A stretch of 47,630 nucleotides of DNA, taken from positions 1-47,630 of the IMG/VR virus record IMGVR_UViG_3300035394_000017. One strand, 5' to 3'. The DNA comes from a virus. Its lineage: Duplodnaviria; Caudoviricetes. Both the position numbers and the translations under genes were made by a program. The notes beneath the pieces were generated by a model. The model was not told where the DNA came from and made no database searches. It was given only the letters and a program-made list of their open reading frames with translations. Positions 20,039 to 31,397 of this stretch are shown here, one piece after another. How positions within the stretch are numbered: position 1 is the stretch's first letter; the number at the start of each line of letters is the position of its first letter.

Positions 20039-20154
20039 ACCTAAATTCTATACCATCGACGGGAACAATTATTACATACCATCAAAGACTTCAGAAGGTC
20101 AATAGACTGTCAATATAAAGATTCTGACTAAATAACACTGCCATTACTCAAAAA

Positions 20155-20162
20155 TATAAATA
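20155..20162 (+). promoter_or_regulatory. T4-type late promoter TATAAATA
   Basis: Exact match, intergenic, 19 nt upstream of the ATG at 20182 (RBS GGAG). Confidence 0.7.
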
Positions 20163-20181
20163 AGGTATATGGAGTGCATGA

Positions 20182-23100
20182 ATGTCAATAGCATACTTAC
20201 CCTCTGAGGGTGGAATCAATAAAGTTGGGTTGACCAAGGATAACCTTTGGTTTGGCGACTCTATTGGTGGAAAAGTAGTCGATAAGATAAAGGTCAAGAA
20301 GTTCTCGTCAACCGGGAACTACTTCACCAATGTTTATGGAAACCTCGAATCGTCTTCCAGATGGTTCTTCAAGGATGTTACCGAATATAACTTCCTGAAT
20401 GGCATTACACTCTACAGATGTGTTTATATAGGATCTGACGAACGCTACAAGGAAACTGAAATCCTTGGAAACATAGCAGCCTCCATAACACATAACGGTC
20501 CAACATCGGCAGACTCATCAGTAGCCATAGATATAGCCACCGATGGCAAGTTCACTGCGTTTACTTCACAGAATACCAAGACTCTTGAAACTGAGCAAGA
20601 CCCAACAGCAGTAGTGTCTGGTAGAACCGATTGGGCGTCAAGTATAAACTTCTCAACCCCGCTAAACCCTGGCGAATACATCAAGGTTTGGATCCGCCTG
20701 AGATTTACAGCTAACCCAACTCTTATTGACGTTACTGATTATGACTACTTCATAAGCATCAAAGACCTGACTATACCTATGCGCCGTACCAACGGCAGAA
20801 TGTCAATGTCGAAGGTGTTTAGTATGTCTCTCAAGGAAGAAAACTATATACTTCGCGAATGCCTACCAAAAGACTTCGCCGTTCAGAACATATATAAAGT
20901 TATTGACAACGGAAATATCAATATATTTCACATAGAAGATGACAGGTTCAAACTTCTTGTTATAAAGCCAGGACCAAATCCCGACAACTCAAAGTATATC
21001 AGTCTTGACATCAGCACATTCGTTCCAGATATAACAGCCAATAACGAGTTTATATCCAACTTCACCGAATGCTTTACAACTGCTATAACGGGAACCGTGG
21101 CGACCACTGGAACGTCTGGAACCCCACCGACAACTGGTGACAAGTTGGATTATCCAGACATAGCCTACGACTACACTAACATAGTCGGAACCAAGTTTCT
21201 CGTTGATGTATTTGGGTCTAACAAGCCAGATAGAAATGACTTCTATCTGTTCTTCAACACATTCCTCACCGACACAACCGACGATTACATTCAGAAATAC
21301 GGTCATAGGAACTACTACTGGAACTGTGGAATAATTCATATAAACCTAAACCACCTAAACGATGCTTTCTTCGACGGTATTGAGGCTGGTTACTCAAACG
21401 TCAAGACCATAAACTTGATAGAACAATATGAAGAGATAATCCACGATAGGTTCTTCATCCAGTCGGTTATGCTTCAGGATGACCTGTTCACTGGAACTGG
21501 CTACATTCCAGAAGATTGCCGCATTGTCAACAACAAGTCAAAGCTGTTCTACTTATGGGAAGGTGACGTTGTAAACAGGAAGCCGATGCTTCAGATGTTC
21601 AACATACCATCGGTGTTCTCGACGGTTATAAACACCATAGAGAACAACGCTGGAACAGAAGGATATATAACATTTGAAGAGCCACATGTCAATCTTATAA
21701 ACTATGGATACTTCAGAGACGTTCATCTGATAGACAACAGTATAAAATATGTTCAACTTGGTCCAGCCACCCAGGCTGCTTTCCACCATGGTCTTTCTCC
21801 TGTTTCTTACGACATGGATAACCTTGAGTTGAATCAGTTCTCATCGACCTGGGCTTTTGGTATATCTACACAGAGCGTATCAGTTGTTGTTCCACCTGTT
21901 ACCGGATCTTGTGAGATAATAACTACTCCAGCCGTTTCAGCGGTTGGAACTGATGATATTTACTTTGATAGAAACAATCCAAATCACTGGCATTTGGCAA
22001 GTCAGTCGCAGTTTGATAGCTTTATAGGTGGCGGATTCGCTGTAAATAGAAGCGATTATACATTTAATCTATTAGACAGAAGCATGCCTATATTCAATAT
22101 TCATTGTCTCGGAAGTCAGGCTCTTTCAGCATTGAAGGCTTCTTATAACTTCAAGACTCTGAAGTGGGTATTGACTTTGAACACCGAATCTGGCGACCCT
22201 TATGAAGTTGAAGTAAGTGACGCTGACTTATTCATTACGGCTGAGAACGCCATAACTGTGAACCTCTTCCGCCAGTTGGATTATGGATGCTCTAAGAAGT
22301 ATATAGTTCACATGGAGATTTGGGTAAACGGTAAGCAGCTATTCAACGGCGTGAGCTACACCAAGTATACCAACGATACCTTCGTAATAACCCACAACAA
22401 CGAGGGAACCTTCGCTGGTTGGCTCTCGTATTGGGATGTGAAGAAGTATATCGAAACCGACGTATCCAAATACGCAGTTCCTATGTTCCAGATTCTATCA
22501 AATATAGCCTGGGCTGAGTTGGAGTCTGAGATTGTAAACGTTACCGAAGTCGAGTCTCTAAAGATGTTCAACTTCAAGCGTAACGTTCTCATGCGTAACC
22601 TTGATTGGGGTTCTAAGGAATCTATCGTAATACCTATTGTTCTTCAGGGTAATGGATACAACGTTGACTCGTCGTATAACTTGGAAGTAAGAAGAAGCAT
22701 ATTCGACTTCTCCAAGATAGACATCAATCAGAAGTCATTTGCGTTTACATTGGAAGGTTCTTCCGATATCCTTGAATGGCAGGCAGGATCCTACGATATA
22801 GAGCGTGATTTGCTTGTTGTTTGGGTTAGAGTTGATAACTGGTCGGGTCAGAGAATAGTCATGTATTACACCGATAGTAGAGTAGCAAATACTCTTGAAA
22901 CTCTCTACCCTTATCGTGATGACTGGTATGCAGCATGGCACATGAATAACAACGTCAAGATACCAAGAACTCGTTATGTTGACCAGAAGGTATTTGCTGG
23001 AGGCGAGCAGTTCGTTCGTGTCTCCGACTCGACAGGCACCGAATACCTCATTAGAATAGACAAGCAGTTTGTATTTGGCTACACCGAAACCTATAAGAGC

Positions 23101-23343
23101 AACAAGTTTGATATCAGTTGGGATGATAGAACAACTGATAAAGACACTACCGCTCTTATTGATGACTTCATCAGAACACACGTTCCTAAGTTTAAGCCTT
23201 CGTTTATGGAAATCAGAGATGTCAATAGCATATTCCCATACACACTTGAGAGCGGCGGAAACAACTTCAGTGTTCGTGAGAAGCAGCCAGATTCGAGTAA
23301 CGTAATAGTTCCACAAGCACCCACCGTCATTTGCAGAATATAA
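20182..23343 (+). CDS. Virion structural protein with LamG-like and DUF2341-like domains (1053 aa)
   Basis: YRCVYI N-terminal domain; MEIWVNGK LamG-like strand; FKRNV...IPIVL...FDFSKI...VWVRV...IVMYY...AAWHMN resembles DUF2341. Confidence 0.7.
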   Translation: MSIAYLPSEGGINKVGLTKDNLWFGDSIGGKVVDKIKVKKFSSTGNYFTNVYGNLESSSRWFFKDVTEYNFLNGITLYRCVYIGSDERYKETEILGNIAASITHNGPTSADSSVAIDIATDGKFTAFTSQNTKTLETEQDPTAVVSGRTDWASSINFSTPLNPGEYIKVWIRLRFTANPTLIDVTDYDYFISIKDLTIPMRRTNGRMSMSKVFSMSLKEENYILRECLPKDFAVQNIYKVIDNGNINIFHIEDDRFKLLVIKPGPNPDNSKYISLDISTFVPDITANNEFISNFTECFTTAITGTVATTGTSGTPPTTGDKLDYPDIAYDYTNIVGTKFLVDVFGSNKPDRNDFYLFFNTFLTDTTDDYIQKYGHRNYYWNCGIIHINLNHLNDAFFDGIEAGYSNVKTINLIEQYEEIIHDRFFIQSVMLQDDLFTGTGYIPEDCRIVNNKSKLFYLWEGDVVNRKPMLQMFNIPSVFSTVINTIENNAGTEGYITFEEPHVNLINYGYFRDVHLIDNSIKYVQLGPATQAAFHHGLSPVSYDMDNLELNQFSSTWAFGISTQSVSVVVPPVTGSCEIITTPAVSAVGTDDIYFDRNNPNHWHLASQSQFDSFIGGGFAVNRSDYTFNLLDRSMPIFNIHCLGSQALSALKASYNFKTLKWVLTLNTESGDPYEVEVSDADLFITAENAITVNLFRQLDYGCSKKYIVHMEIWVNGKQLFNGVSYTKYTNDTFVITHNNEGTFAGWLSYWDVKKYIETDVSKYAVPMFQILSNIAWAELESEIVNVTEVESLKMFNFKRNVLMRNLDWGSKESIVIPIVLQGNGYNVDSSYNLEVRRSIFDFSKIDINQKSFAFTLEGSSDILEWQAGSYDIERDLLVVWVRVDNWSGQRIVMYYTDSRVANTLETLYPYRDDWYAAWHMNNNVKIPRTRYVDQKVFAGGEQFVRVSDSTGTEYLIRIDKQFVFGYTETYKSNKFDISWDDRTTDKDTTALIDDFIRTHVPKFKPSFMEIRDVNSIFPYTLESGGNNFSVREKQPDSSNVIVPQAPTVICRI

Positions 23344-23355
23344 CAGGAGATACAC

Positions 23356-24111
23356 ATGTCAAACCAGAAAGTTGACTTTCAAAAGATAAGTGGCGGCGTG
23401 GTAGCCTGCGCTGGCGTAAATACGAATTGCTGGTATCAGAGAGATGCTGTCGATAAGTTTTCGGTCAACGGTGCCTTCAGCAGTCTCCAGACTATATTTG
23501 ATTGGGTTCTTGTCAAGAACATTGATAATAGATTCTTCAAGTCGGGTGTTCTAAGATACTGCGAGGGGCAGACCTCGGTAAATATCAAGTTTAGCTCCCC
23601 ATTCCCAAGCAATGACTACTTTATCTTCTTCTCACCAAACAACAACGTCAATGCCTTCTGGATTGACAAGAAGGTGTTCAAGTGCGTCGTTTCCTCAAGC
23701 GGTCCCCTTGGCTCAGAACTTAGCTGGATAGCCGTTCATAAGGAACTGGCACGAATGACGGGTATAAACAATCCGGGTTCAATATTTGCCGGAAGTAGAG
23801 TCATAACCAATGATTCGATACCTTCGATCATAACTAAAGAAACACTTGACATTGCTGAAGATGCCGATGCTAATGTAAATGGATGGTATAATAACGAAAT
23901 AATCATCAAGCCAACCGAAACATTAGACGAAATATATAAACCAATGAGCCTTTCATCATATTCGACCCTTCTATCAGCTAACATAAATATAAATAATTAC
24001 TGGATAGAAAAGGCTAAGGATAGGGTCAAGGTTGGGACGAGCTATCCAAAATCATGCCAAATTGACTATCTTCTAATCAAGTCGGGTGTCAACTGGTGGG
24101 ATGAAATCTAA
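23356..24111 (+). CDS. Small structural protein made of three copies (one partial) of a shared ~65-aa beta-module
   Basis: NTNCWYQ..DKFSV..FDWVL; YFIFFSPNNNVNAFWIDK..LSWIA; YSTLLSANININNYWIEK..IDYLL; RBS AGGAG. Confidence 0.75.
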   Translation: MSNQKVDFQKISGGVVACAGVNTNCWYQRDAVDKFSVNGAFSSLQTIFDWVLVKNIDNRFFKSGVLRYCEGQTSVNIKFSSPFPSNDYFIFFSPNNNVNAFWIDKKVFKCVVSSSGPLGSELSWIAVHKELARMTGINNPGSIFAGSRVITNDSIPSIITKETLDIAEDADANVNGWYNNEIIIKPTETLDEIYKPMSLSSYSTLLSANININNYWIEKAKDRVKVGTSYPKSCQIDYLLIKSGVNWWDEI

Positions 24112-24125
24112 GGAGCATTGTAAAG

Positions 24126-25535
24126 ATGGCAAAATACACCGAAAACATAAGTCTGGTCAATCCGACTAAGTTTGTCAATGATGAGAATGCAAATGCTCCC
24201 GTCAAGGAAGTTCAGGGCAACGTTGAATACGTTCTCAACTTCCTCAATGGCAACAAGGCACTCCAGGCAGGAATTTACGGAAACCTATGGGATTATGACC
24301 GTGACGGCAGAAGACTCACCTACAACGGCGGAAAGTTTGACACCTATAAGAAGGTAAACTCGTGGTTAGCCTTGAATAACCTTCAGGTAGCCAATGACGA
24401 TGAGATGTCTTGGGATGTAACCAATTCCAGAGCAGTTTATAAGGGGCAGACAGATGTATTGGTTGATAGACCAAAGTGGATAGAAAAGGAAATATGGATT
24501 CCAGAAACCCTCCGTGACCAGAAGCTTATATTCGCTATCAAGGCGAGCGGATGCACGGAAGCAACCGGCTGGACCGAAGCTACCGCCGTATGTGAAACCA
24601 TCGGTATTCAGATTCTCGGCGGTGACACAGACGTTCAGACATTTCGGAACGTAGGTGGGTGGAATAACCACTTATACTACTCGAATGACTCCTATGGCGT
24701 CAAAATGACTACCGTTGTTGTTCCTTTCAAAGCATCTAAAACAACCAAGTCGGTAAAAGTAAAGATCCTAAGAACTGTCAACGACAACTACTTGCATATA
24801 GATAAGGTTTTTGTAGGTGGTCTTTGCACTCCATACGAAAACGACATAGAAGAGTATAAGATATACGATCTTGACATTAACGAGTTCTTTGACTATGTAA
24901 ACGTATGTACTAAGGTTGTTTCAACAACTGTTCTCGGTCACAAGGTTGCCGACGCTCGTGATCATATTCGTGGTAACGACCTCATGACATGGTATCAGTT
25001 CAACTATGTCATGCGTGAAATTCTCACATATGGATCTGTTTATACTACTTCACACACAACCCCAACAACAGGAACTTCAGGAACCTCGGGCGACCCTGGA
25101 ACCTCTGGAACTTCCGGTTCTCCAGCCACAACCGGAGCCTCCGGTTCTCCCCCCGATCATAATTGGAACCTTATAGATGTTCTTCCTATCTATGGAAACC
25201 TACAAGGCAAGGTAACATGCAATACAACTGAGCGTGTATACCGTGTAGATCACCCGGTTCTTGAGAATCCTTCAGCACCTATCATTACATTACAGATACC
25301 TTCGGCTACTTCTCAGGTATTCGTTCAAGGTGTCTTTGACGTACAAAACGACCACTTCTACGTCACTCTATCTGATATCCCTTCTGAAGACGGATATATC
25401 ATAAACTGGACTCTCGGCAACGCCTTCTCCCCAAGAGAAGCTATAGACGCTTTGGATCTACCAGATGAAGCTGCCGCAGAATGCCCATTGCCAACCGTAT
25501 ACCCACAAATATTCAACTATGAGAGCAACGCCTAA
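24126..25535 (+). CDS. Virion appendage protein: jelly-roll-like domain, GTS linker, C-terminal beta-module (469 aa)
   Basis: VVPFKASKTTKSVKVKI...LHIDKVFV (carbohydrate-binding-module-like); GTSGTSGDPGTSGTSGSP linker. Confidence 0.7.
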   Translation: MAKYTENISLVNPTKFVNDENANAPVKEVQGNVEYVLNFLNGNKALQAGIYGNLWDYDRDGRRLTYNGGKFDTYKKVNSWLALNNLQVANDDEMSWDVTNSRAVYKGQTDVLVDRPKWIEKEIWIPETLRDQKLIFAIKASGCTEATGWTEATAVCETIGIQILGGDTDVQTFRNVGGWNNHLYYSNDSYGVKMTTVVVPFKASKTTKSVKVKILRTVNDNYLHIDKVFVGGLCTPYENDIEEYKIYDLDINEFFDYVNVCTKVVSTTVLGHKVADARDHIRGNDLMTWYQFNYVMREILTYGSVYTTSHTTPTTGTSGTSGDPGTSGTSGSPATTGASGSPPDHNWNLIDVLPIYGNLQGKVTCNTTERVYRVDHPVLENPSAPIITLQIPSATSQVFVQGVFDVQNDHFYVTLSDIPSEDGYIINWTLGNAFSPREAIDALDLPDEAAAECPLPTVYPQIFNYESNA

Positions 25536-28500
25536 TGGCTGATTCCAACCTCCTATCAGAAGACCTATCCATCATAAATGGTGACAAGAGTGCTTCTGTA
25601 AAGAAAGACGGGCAATTCAACGACACTCTAAACAACCGAGTAGTCGGGGATGTCGTTGCACTAAGCGACGGGTGGACTAATGCCAACAATTCCCAGGATG
25701 GATCTACCTTTATTCAAAAGGTTACAACTTCCGATTTATACGATATTGAGTCGAACTTTGTGAAGAAAGAAGGAGAAACAGTATCACAGTCAAGATACAT
25801 ATACGACGATACAAAAGGAACATTGAAGTTCAAGGATGAAACGTTAGCCAAGCAAAATGAGTTTGGATGCACATATGAGGGTTCCGATGAAGTAAGCCTA
25901 AATGACATGGTTCGCGACCTTGAGATTCTGTCAGCATTCAGCAGAATACCAGACTTCGGAACGATATATGATTTCCAAGTTCGTCAAATGAACTTTGGTA
26001 TCTATAAGTATGCCAACGCTCTTCTCTGCATAAACCTTGCCAAGTCTCTTGGCTATATGTCGATGGATAAGATCATCAACGATGAGTTCATTACTAAGAA
26101 GGGAATGAATGACCTGAATGCTCGCTTTGCTGGAACTGCCGACGAAGCTAACTATCCAAAATACAGCGGATGGCTTGACGGTGAAGAGTATATCAAAGGT
26201 GGATGGGTTGATATTGATAAACTCATCCACCAAGCTCTAAGCAATGATTGGGCATATGACGCCGATTGGTCGCTTGCTGTTAGAACAAAGAAGTTCCAAG
26301 ACCGTAAGCGTGCTTTGGTATATCTTATCTTAACATACACCAGTAGCGTGTGGGAACTCAACTCAAACAACAAGATTATTGACTTTGGATTAAGAATCAT
26401 AGACAAGACATCCGGCAAACAACTAGACTACACTGATATAAAAGATGGTCTGAGAAGTATCATGGGTCAGACTATGACCGCTCACTTTGTTGGTGAGTTG
26501 GGAGATGCAAGTAAAAACGCAGATGGAAGTCTCTCGAATGGGCAGCCATCATCCGCCGCCGAATGTAAGACAAGTGGGTGCGACAAAAATTACATTGCCA
26601 AGTGTGATGGAACTATATACAAGACCGATTGCCAGTCGGTTTCTATAAATGCAGGATCGCCAGAAGATGCATCCGCTGGAAGTTCGCATGTTCTCATGCC
26701 ACAATTCAAGTTGAACCCATTATCAAATTACAGAAAAGATAAGCCAGATATTCTCAACACCATTGACCCTATAAACTGGACTACAGGTAACATTGATTAC
26801 ATAAAGACTACATTCAAAGAAAGTTACATATGGCTTGATGAGATAACTAAAAAGTTCGGTGACACAACCTACGAGTCAACACCTCTAAATCAAAACAGAG
26901 CATTTCATTATGTCGGTGGAACTTTCAATAACGGGGTAGCTCTTGGTGGGTTTTACCATAGGAACGATCCAATAAATGGAAGAGAGTATTGGGGATTAGC
27001 CGAAACCGACGAGGTGTGGAATGGAACTGCGTGGAGAGTATCTGGAAACTCCCCAATCACTCGCGGATTAGGTCTTTCAGGCGGAAACTCAGATTACTTC
27101 GTCGCTGCGTATGGTGTGAAACCATCGTGGTCAGTGTATGAAGATGAAGTAAATGGAACAAAAGTATCGCCATATAAGTTTACTACGGCAGGCATGAGCA
27201 AGTTTTATGAGTATAACAACGGCATATGGTCTGACCTCAATATAGATCCAATCATTGAGAAGCATTCGGTTGCTGGAACCATAACAGCTACTAAGACTGG
27301 AAATGACGCAGCTTCAATACCAAATGAATTATTTAAGAAGACTCAGCTTCCAAACTCCACGGAATGTATTGAAGCCTGCACGTCAACTGTTGACGATTTG
27401 ATCAACTACGTTGGAGTATCTTCAACGGATGTGTCATTCAAGAATATAATGAGTGGATTCTGTTTCAATGGAACACGCGGACCCGTAGTGTTGGATGGGA
27501 AAAACTACTGCGAAGATTTTGACGATAATATTATATTCTTCTCGCGCATATATGCCGTAAAACCAAAGACAGCCCCACTAACAACCAAATGTTCCTTCGT
27601 TGACCAAAGCAAGAAATATCCAGTGAAGACCATTGGAACTTGTTACGTTGGAACGGGAACACATGGAATAGCAACAGGTGGAAAGACATGTTCCCCATTG
27701 CTATCATGTAATGGTGCCGACGCTCGAACCAACAAATACAATAGATACTTCGATACCTCAAAGTATCATGAAGAATATGATTCAACTGTTAAGTATGCAT
27801 ATGAATGGAACGGAACTGCGTGGACTCGTAGAGACGATATGCCAGAAGATGTTGCTTTCCACTGTGGAGTTGGCGATGAGAAGTGGTCTATATTTTGGGG
27901 AGGAATACATTCTAGCGTAGAAAGAGCAAATGTATCCCTGCTTATACCTGGGTGTGATACATGGTACGATGTTATGGCTGCCTTTAATGGAGCTTTCAAT
28001 AGGTATGGTCTATGCGGTCTATCTGGTGAAATAAAATATGCCGACTTCGCCAACGTATTCTTTGATACTACTAGCGTAGTTTCTGGCGGAAATGTTGAGA
28101 TATACAAGAACCCATCATTCAATTCCAACTCAAAATCCAAGTACTACCCTGTAATAGAAGTTGCATCGGCATGCACAAGTAAATTTGACATTGATATATC
28201 TATCGGTTCCAACAGTTCCTTGGAAATATGTCCCGGCGGTTCAAGTTCTCTTCTCGGCGCTAGAACCGATTGGGGTGTTAAAAAGAGATTCATCGGAAAC
28301 ATCGAAAATGAAATACTCTCAGCAACCATAACTATACATCCAGCAGGGTCGGTCGGATTTACTTCTAACAACGCCCCAGCATTTGGAATATACATAGGAC
28401 TCTACGACTTATCAACAGGTAAGTACGTTCTAGCTTCCTATTATGAGTGGAAGGCTGGCATGTGGTCTGCTGACTATGATGGTGCAGTTGCCGACGTTCT

Positions 28501-31387
28501 GTTAGATCCTTCTGGAAATACATTCATAATAAATCCAGAAACCGCATCTCTCCCATATACATCCAGTTCATTCACATGGGATGTAACTGGATCTGATATA
28601 TACGATTCAGTCGGAGAAATATCCGGGGCTTCAATATCCGGTGATCTTGTAGTTGGATACACCGACTACGGCGGATTCTATACTGGTATAGGGCACCGCG
28701 GTCATTATAAGCAAACTACAGTTCCGATCAGCGGAAACATGATGTATATAACCGTTTACGAAGGCGGCGATACAGTTCTCATAAATCCCGTGTCTGGTGA
28801 TCAAGATTGCTTCTGTGTAACCCCATGCTCTGGAATGAGTATTACTGGAGGATCGACGGTTGTATATGATGCTGACGCCCTCGCCACCGCGGTATCGACA
28901 GGCTGGGTTGGAAAGACTGTCATAGTTGACTCTGACATATACAATTATAGATATACTAACGTATGTAATCTTATATCAAGTAACTACAATAAGAACAGCC
29001 CTTCTGACGGTGGAATGCTTATGTCATCCATGTCGAGCTACGCAAGTAAGTGGATTTGGTCGGTTCCGATGAATGTGGTTGGTGATGAAGACACCGATGA
29101 ATTCTTTATCCAGAGAAGTTCGGCTATTACCCCAACTGAACATGGTTGTGAAGTAGTTAGATCAACCACACGCAATGGTAAAGCTAGAGTTTCCAGAGCT
29201 ATTGTGGCAGATTCTTATTCCGATGGAATTGGTATGTATGGATTTGGTAAGTCTAATATAGAAAATTCATTAGCTGGATTCCCAACTAGCGGCTTCTTTG
29301 AATATCAAGAAGTTGGAACCCCAATGAGTTACGACAACTCCATGAAATCATTCCCATGGGTAGCCATTGGTGATAACGGAACAGTCGGACCACGCGGCAG
29401 CGTCGAGATGTTTGATGATCTTGGAAACTACTGGTTTGCTATTGGGGATTATAACAATAAGAAGGCATCTGAGATTACTTCAACACATCTCAACACCTTT
29501 ACCATTGTCATGGTTCCAACGACCAAGTTTGATAAATTTAACGAACTTATCATAGCCAAGTCTAACCTTAGTTCTGCAAGTAAGTCGATTGACGGATTTG
29601 AAATAGCTAAAAATTTCGTGGAAGTAAATCCAGTAACCGGTCTTTACACGACTAATAAGACCATTCGTAATCGTGAGGGTTTGATAGAAGCGGTAAACGC
29701 CTACAATGGTCAAGATATATTCGACGTTTACGTTAAGCTATTTGATTACAACCTCCCAAGTCTTGATACTGATAACCAGTTTGTAGCCAACAGCATATCT
29801 GTAGTTCCTTCCGGTGGAACATACAACCTCCCATACTTTGAAACTGTGGCAAGCCCTGCGAAGCATGTTGAAATGTATGATGTTGTAACAACTAAGGATA
29901 TAGATTGTCTGTCGTGTTACATAAGCGATGGTGGTGATGAAAGTAAGTATGCCGGAAAGAACTGGATACAGCATTATCATGAAGAATGGGTAGCCCCATA
30001 CATTCAACATCCATTGGCTGGCATAGTTTCGAGAAGCGGATTTAACGTTTGGCTTTCGGCTGGTGATTGTTCACCACGCTGGGGAACTACAATCTGGACC
30101 ACCCTTGATGATGGGCGCGTTTGGGTACACTTCAAGCGTTCAAGAATAGCCGTAAACGAGCTTCGCAACCATCTCATTTATTCCATAATAACCTCATCGT
30201 TCACTATAGACAATTACGGAAAGAATGTAACCTCGGATACACGCGTTATCAATAAGTATGATGAGTTTATATTCAATCTAAGTGATTACGCTGGTGATAC
30301 ATTCATAGAATCTCTTATTTCTGAGACTGATGTGGATAATAAAGAAAAGACTTGCGATGAGCAGACATCTGTATATGTTCCAGACTCTATCTGGTCAGTC
30401 TGCACCAGTGATTGTACATCATTCACCACCTTTACATCGCCAACATGTTCCGCTGGATGTAATGACGTTTACATAGATGCCTTTACGGGATGTGTAACAG
30501 GTCAAGATGGCTTGAATAACTACTCGGCGGAAAATTTCGACCCTGACATCGGCTATGTCGAATGGGCAACAAGCTTCGTTATGGAGTATAAGAAGCCTAT
30601 CATAACCGAGAATGCAGGCGATGACAAGTATTACTATAAGTATAATATTGATGAATTGGGTTCTAACTGTCTCAAGGATAGGGAGCCAATAAATGATCAA
30701 AGCCTAGTTGCAACCTCGTGGAGAAGATTCCAAGACGGTGTTGGATTGGGTGGGGATGCGCCTCTATTCAATCGCCCCGGCGCAACCTTCACATGCAACT
30801 CAGCATTGAGCAACTTTGTCGGTCAGAAAGCATTTGGCGACCCTGACAAGGCTATCATTTGCGGTGGATACTCGGTAGAGTCTAACGGCGACCTCGCATT
30901 CAATCATGCGTTCTGGAACTACTTCACACAAGGACCAACATTCAAGTGGAATAGATTCGTTATAAATCCAGAAGATACTGTCAACAAGAACTATACTTAT
31001 AGAAATCTGTCGCCATTCTATACCAACTTTGAACAAACGACTACTGACTCGGTTCACGGCTCAGTTCTATTTGACGTATCTGGTCCTGTAACGGTTGAGA
31101 GATTCGGTCAAGTTCTATTCAACAACACCAACGAGGCGAGTGTTGAGTTCGAAACATTCCCCGACTTTATCACTACGAAAGATAAATACAGTATATCTTT
31201 GACTCCTAGTGATAACGTTAGAGTATGGTGGGAATCTAAGGCTGATGGAAAGTTTACAGTCAAGTGTGAACTAGCTACATGGAATGGAATTGTTGACTGG
31301 AAGGTAATATACATAGACAACATTCCGGCTGACCAGATAGACGGTATCGACCCTCAAACCACATTCGACGGTTACGAAGACAAATAA
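25535..31387 (+). CDS. Giant tail-associated protein with Kelch-like blades, Cys-rich (1950 aa)
   Basis: Repeated GG...EVWNGTAW / YEWNGTAW / YEYNNGIW blades; TAATG coupling; shared C-terminal module. Confidence 0.75.
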   Translation: MADSNLLSEDLSIINGDKSASVKKDGQFNDTLNNRVVGDVVALSDGWTNANNSQDGSTFIQKVTTSDLYDIESNFVKKEGETVSQSRYIYDDTKGTLKFKDETLAKQNEFGCTYEGSDEVSLNDMVRDLEILSAFSRIPDFGTIYDFQVRQMNFGIYKYANALLCINLAKSLGYMSMDKIINDEFITKKGMNDLNARFAGTADEANYPKYSGWLDGEEYIKGGWVDIDKLIHQALSNDWAYDADWSLAVRTKKFQDRKRALVYLILTYTSSVWELNSNNKIIDFGLRIIDKTSGKQLDYTDIKDGLRSIMGQTMTAHFVGELGDASKNADGSLSNGQPSSAAECKTSGCDKNYIAKCDGTIYKTDCQSVSINAGSPEDASAGSSHVLMPQFKLNPLSNYRKDKPDILNTIDPINWTTGNIDYIKTTFKESYIWLDEITKKFGDTTYESTPLNQNRAFHYVGGTFNNGVALGGFYHRNDPINGREYWGLAETDEVWNGTAWRVSGNSPITRGLGLSGGNSDYFVAAYGVKPSWSVYEDEVNGTKVSPYKFTTAGMSKFYEYNNGIWSDLNIDPIIEKHSVAGTITATKTGNDAASIPNELFKKTQLPNSTECIEACTSTVDDLINYVGVSSTDVSFKNIMSGFCFNGTRGPVVLDGKNYCEDFDDNIIFFSRIYAVKPKTAPLTTKCSFVDQSKKYPVKTIGTCYVGTGTHGIATGGKTCSPLLSCNGADARTNKYNRYFDTSKYHEEYDSTVKYAYEWNGTAWTRRDDMPEDVAFHCGVGDEKWSIFWGGIHSSVERANVSLLIPGCDTWYDVMAAFNGAFNRYGLCGLSGEIKYADFANVFFDTTSVVSGGNVEIYKNPSFNSNSKSKYYPVIEVASACTSKFDIDISIGSNSSLEICPGGSSSLLGARTDWGVKKRFIGNIENEILSATITIHPAGSVGFTSNNAPAFGIYIGLYDLSTGKYVLASYYEWKAGMWSADYDGAVADVLLDPSGNTFIINPETASLPYTSSSFTWDVTGSDIYDSVGEISGASISGDLVVGYTDYGGFYTGIGHRGHYKQTTVPISGNMMYITVYEGGDTVLINPVSGDQDCFCVTPCSGMSITGGSTVVYDADALATAVSTGWVGKTVIVDSDIYNYRYTNVCNLISSNYNKNSPSDGGMLMSSMSSYASKWIWSVPMNVVGDEDTDEFFIQRSSAITPTEHGCEVVRSTTRNGKARVSRAIVADSYSDGIGMYGFGKSNIENSLAGFPTSGFFEYQEVGTPMSYDNSMKSFPWVAIGDNGTVGPRGSVEMFDDLGNYWFAIGDYNNKKASEITSTHLNTFTIVMVPTTKFDKFNELIIAKSNLSSASKSIDGFEIAKNFVEVNPVTGLYTTNKTIRNREGLIEAVNAYNGQDIFDVYVKLFDYNLPSLDTDNQFVANSISVVPSGGTYNLPYFETVASPAKHVEMYDVVTTKDIDCLSCYISDGGDESKYAGKNWIQHYHEEWVAPYIQHPLAGIVSRSGFNVWLSAGDCSPRWGTTIWTTLDDGRVWVHFKRSRIAVNELRNHLIYSIITSSFTIDNYGKNVTSDTRVINKYDEFIFNLSDYAGDTFIESLISETDVDNKEKTCDEQTSVYVPDSIWSVCTSDCTSFTTFTSPTCSAGCNDVYIDAFTGCVTGQDGLNNYSAENFDPDIGYVEWATSFVMEYKKPIITENAGDDKYYYKYNIDELGSNCLKDREPINDQSLVATSWRRFQDGVGLGGDAPLFNRPGATFTCNSALSNFVGQKAFGDPDKAIICGGYSVESNGDLAFNHAFWNYFTQGPTFKWNRFVINPEDTVNKNYTYRNLSPFYTNFEQTTTDSVHGSVLFDVSGPVTVERFGQVLFNNTNEASVEFETFPDFITTKDKYSISLTPSDNVRVWWESKADGKFTVKCELATWNGIVDWKVIYIDNIPADQIDGIDPQTTFDGYEDK

Positions 31388-31397
31388 GGACTAAACA

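Noticed and set aside
20039-20181. ncRNA, tRNA or small ORF in the 143-bp gap
   Set aside because: No cloverleaf or convincing stem; only a 27-codon TTG-start frame without an RBS.
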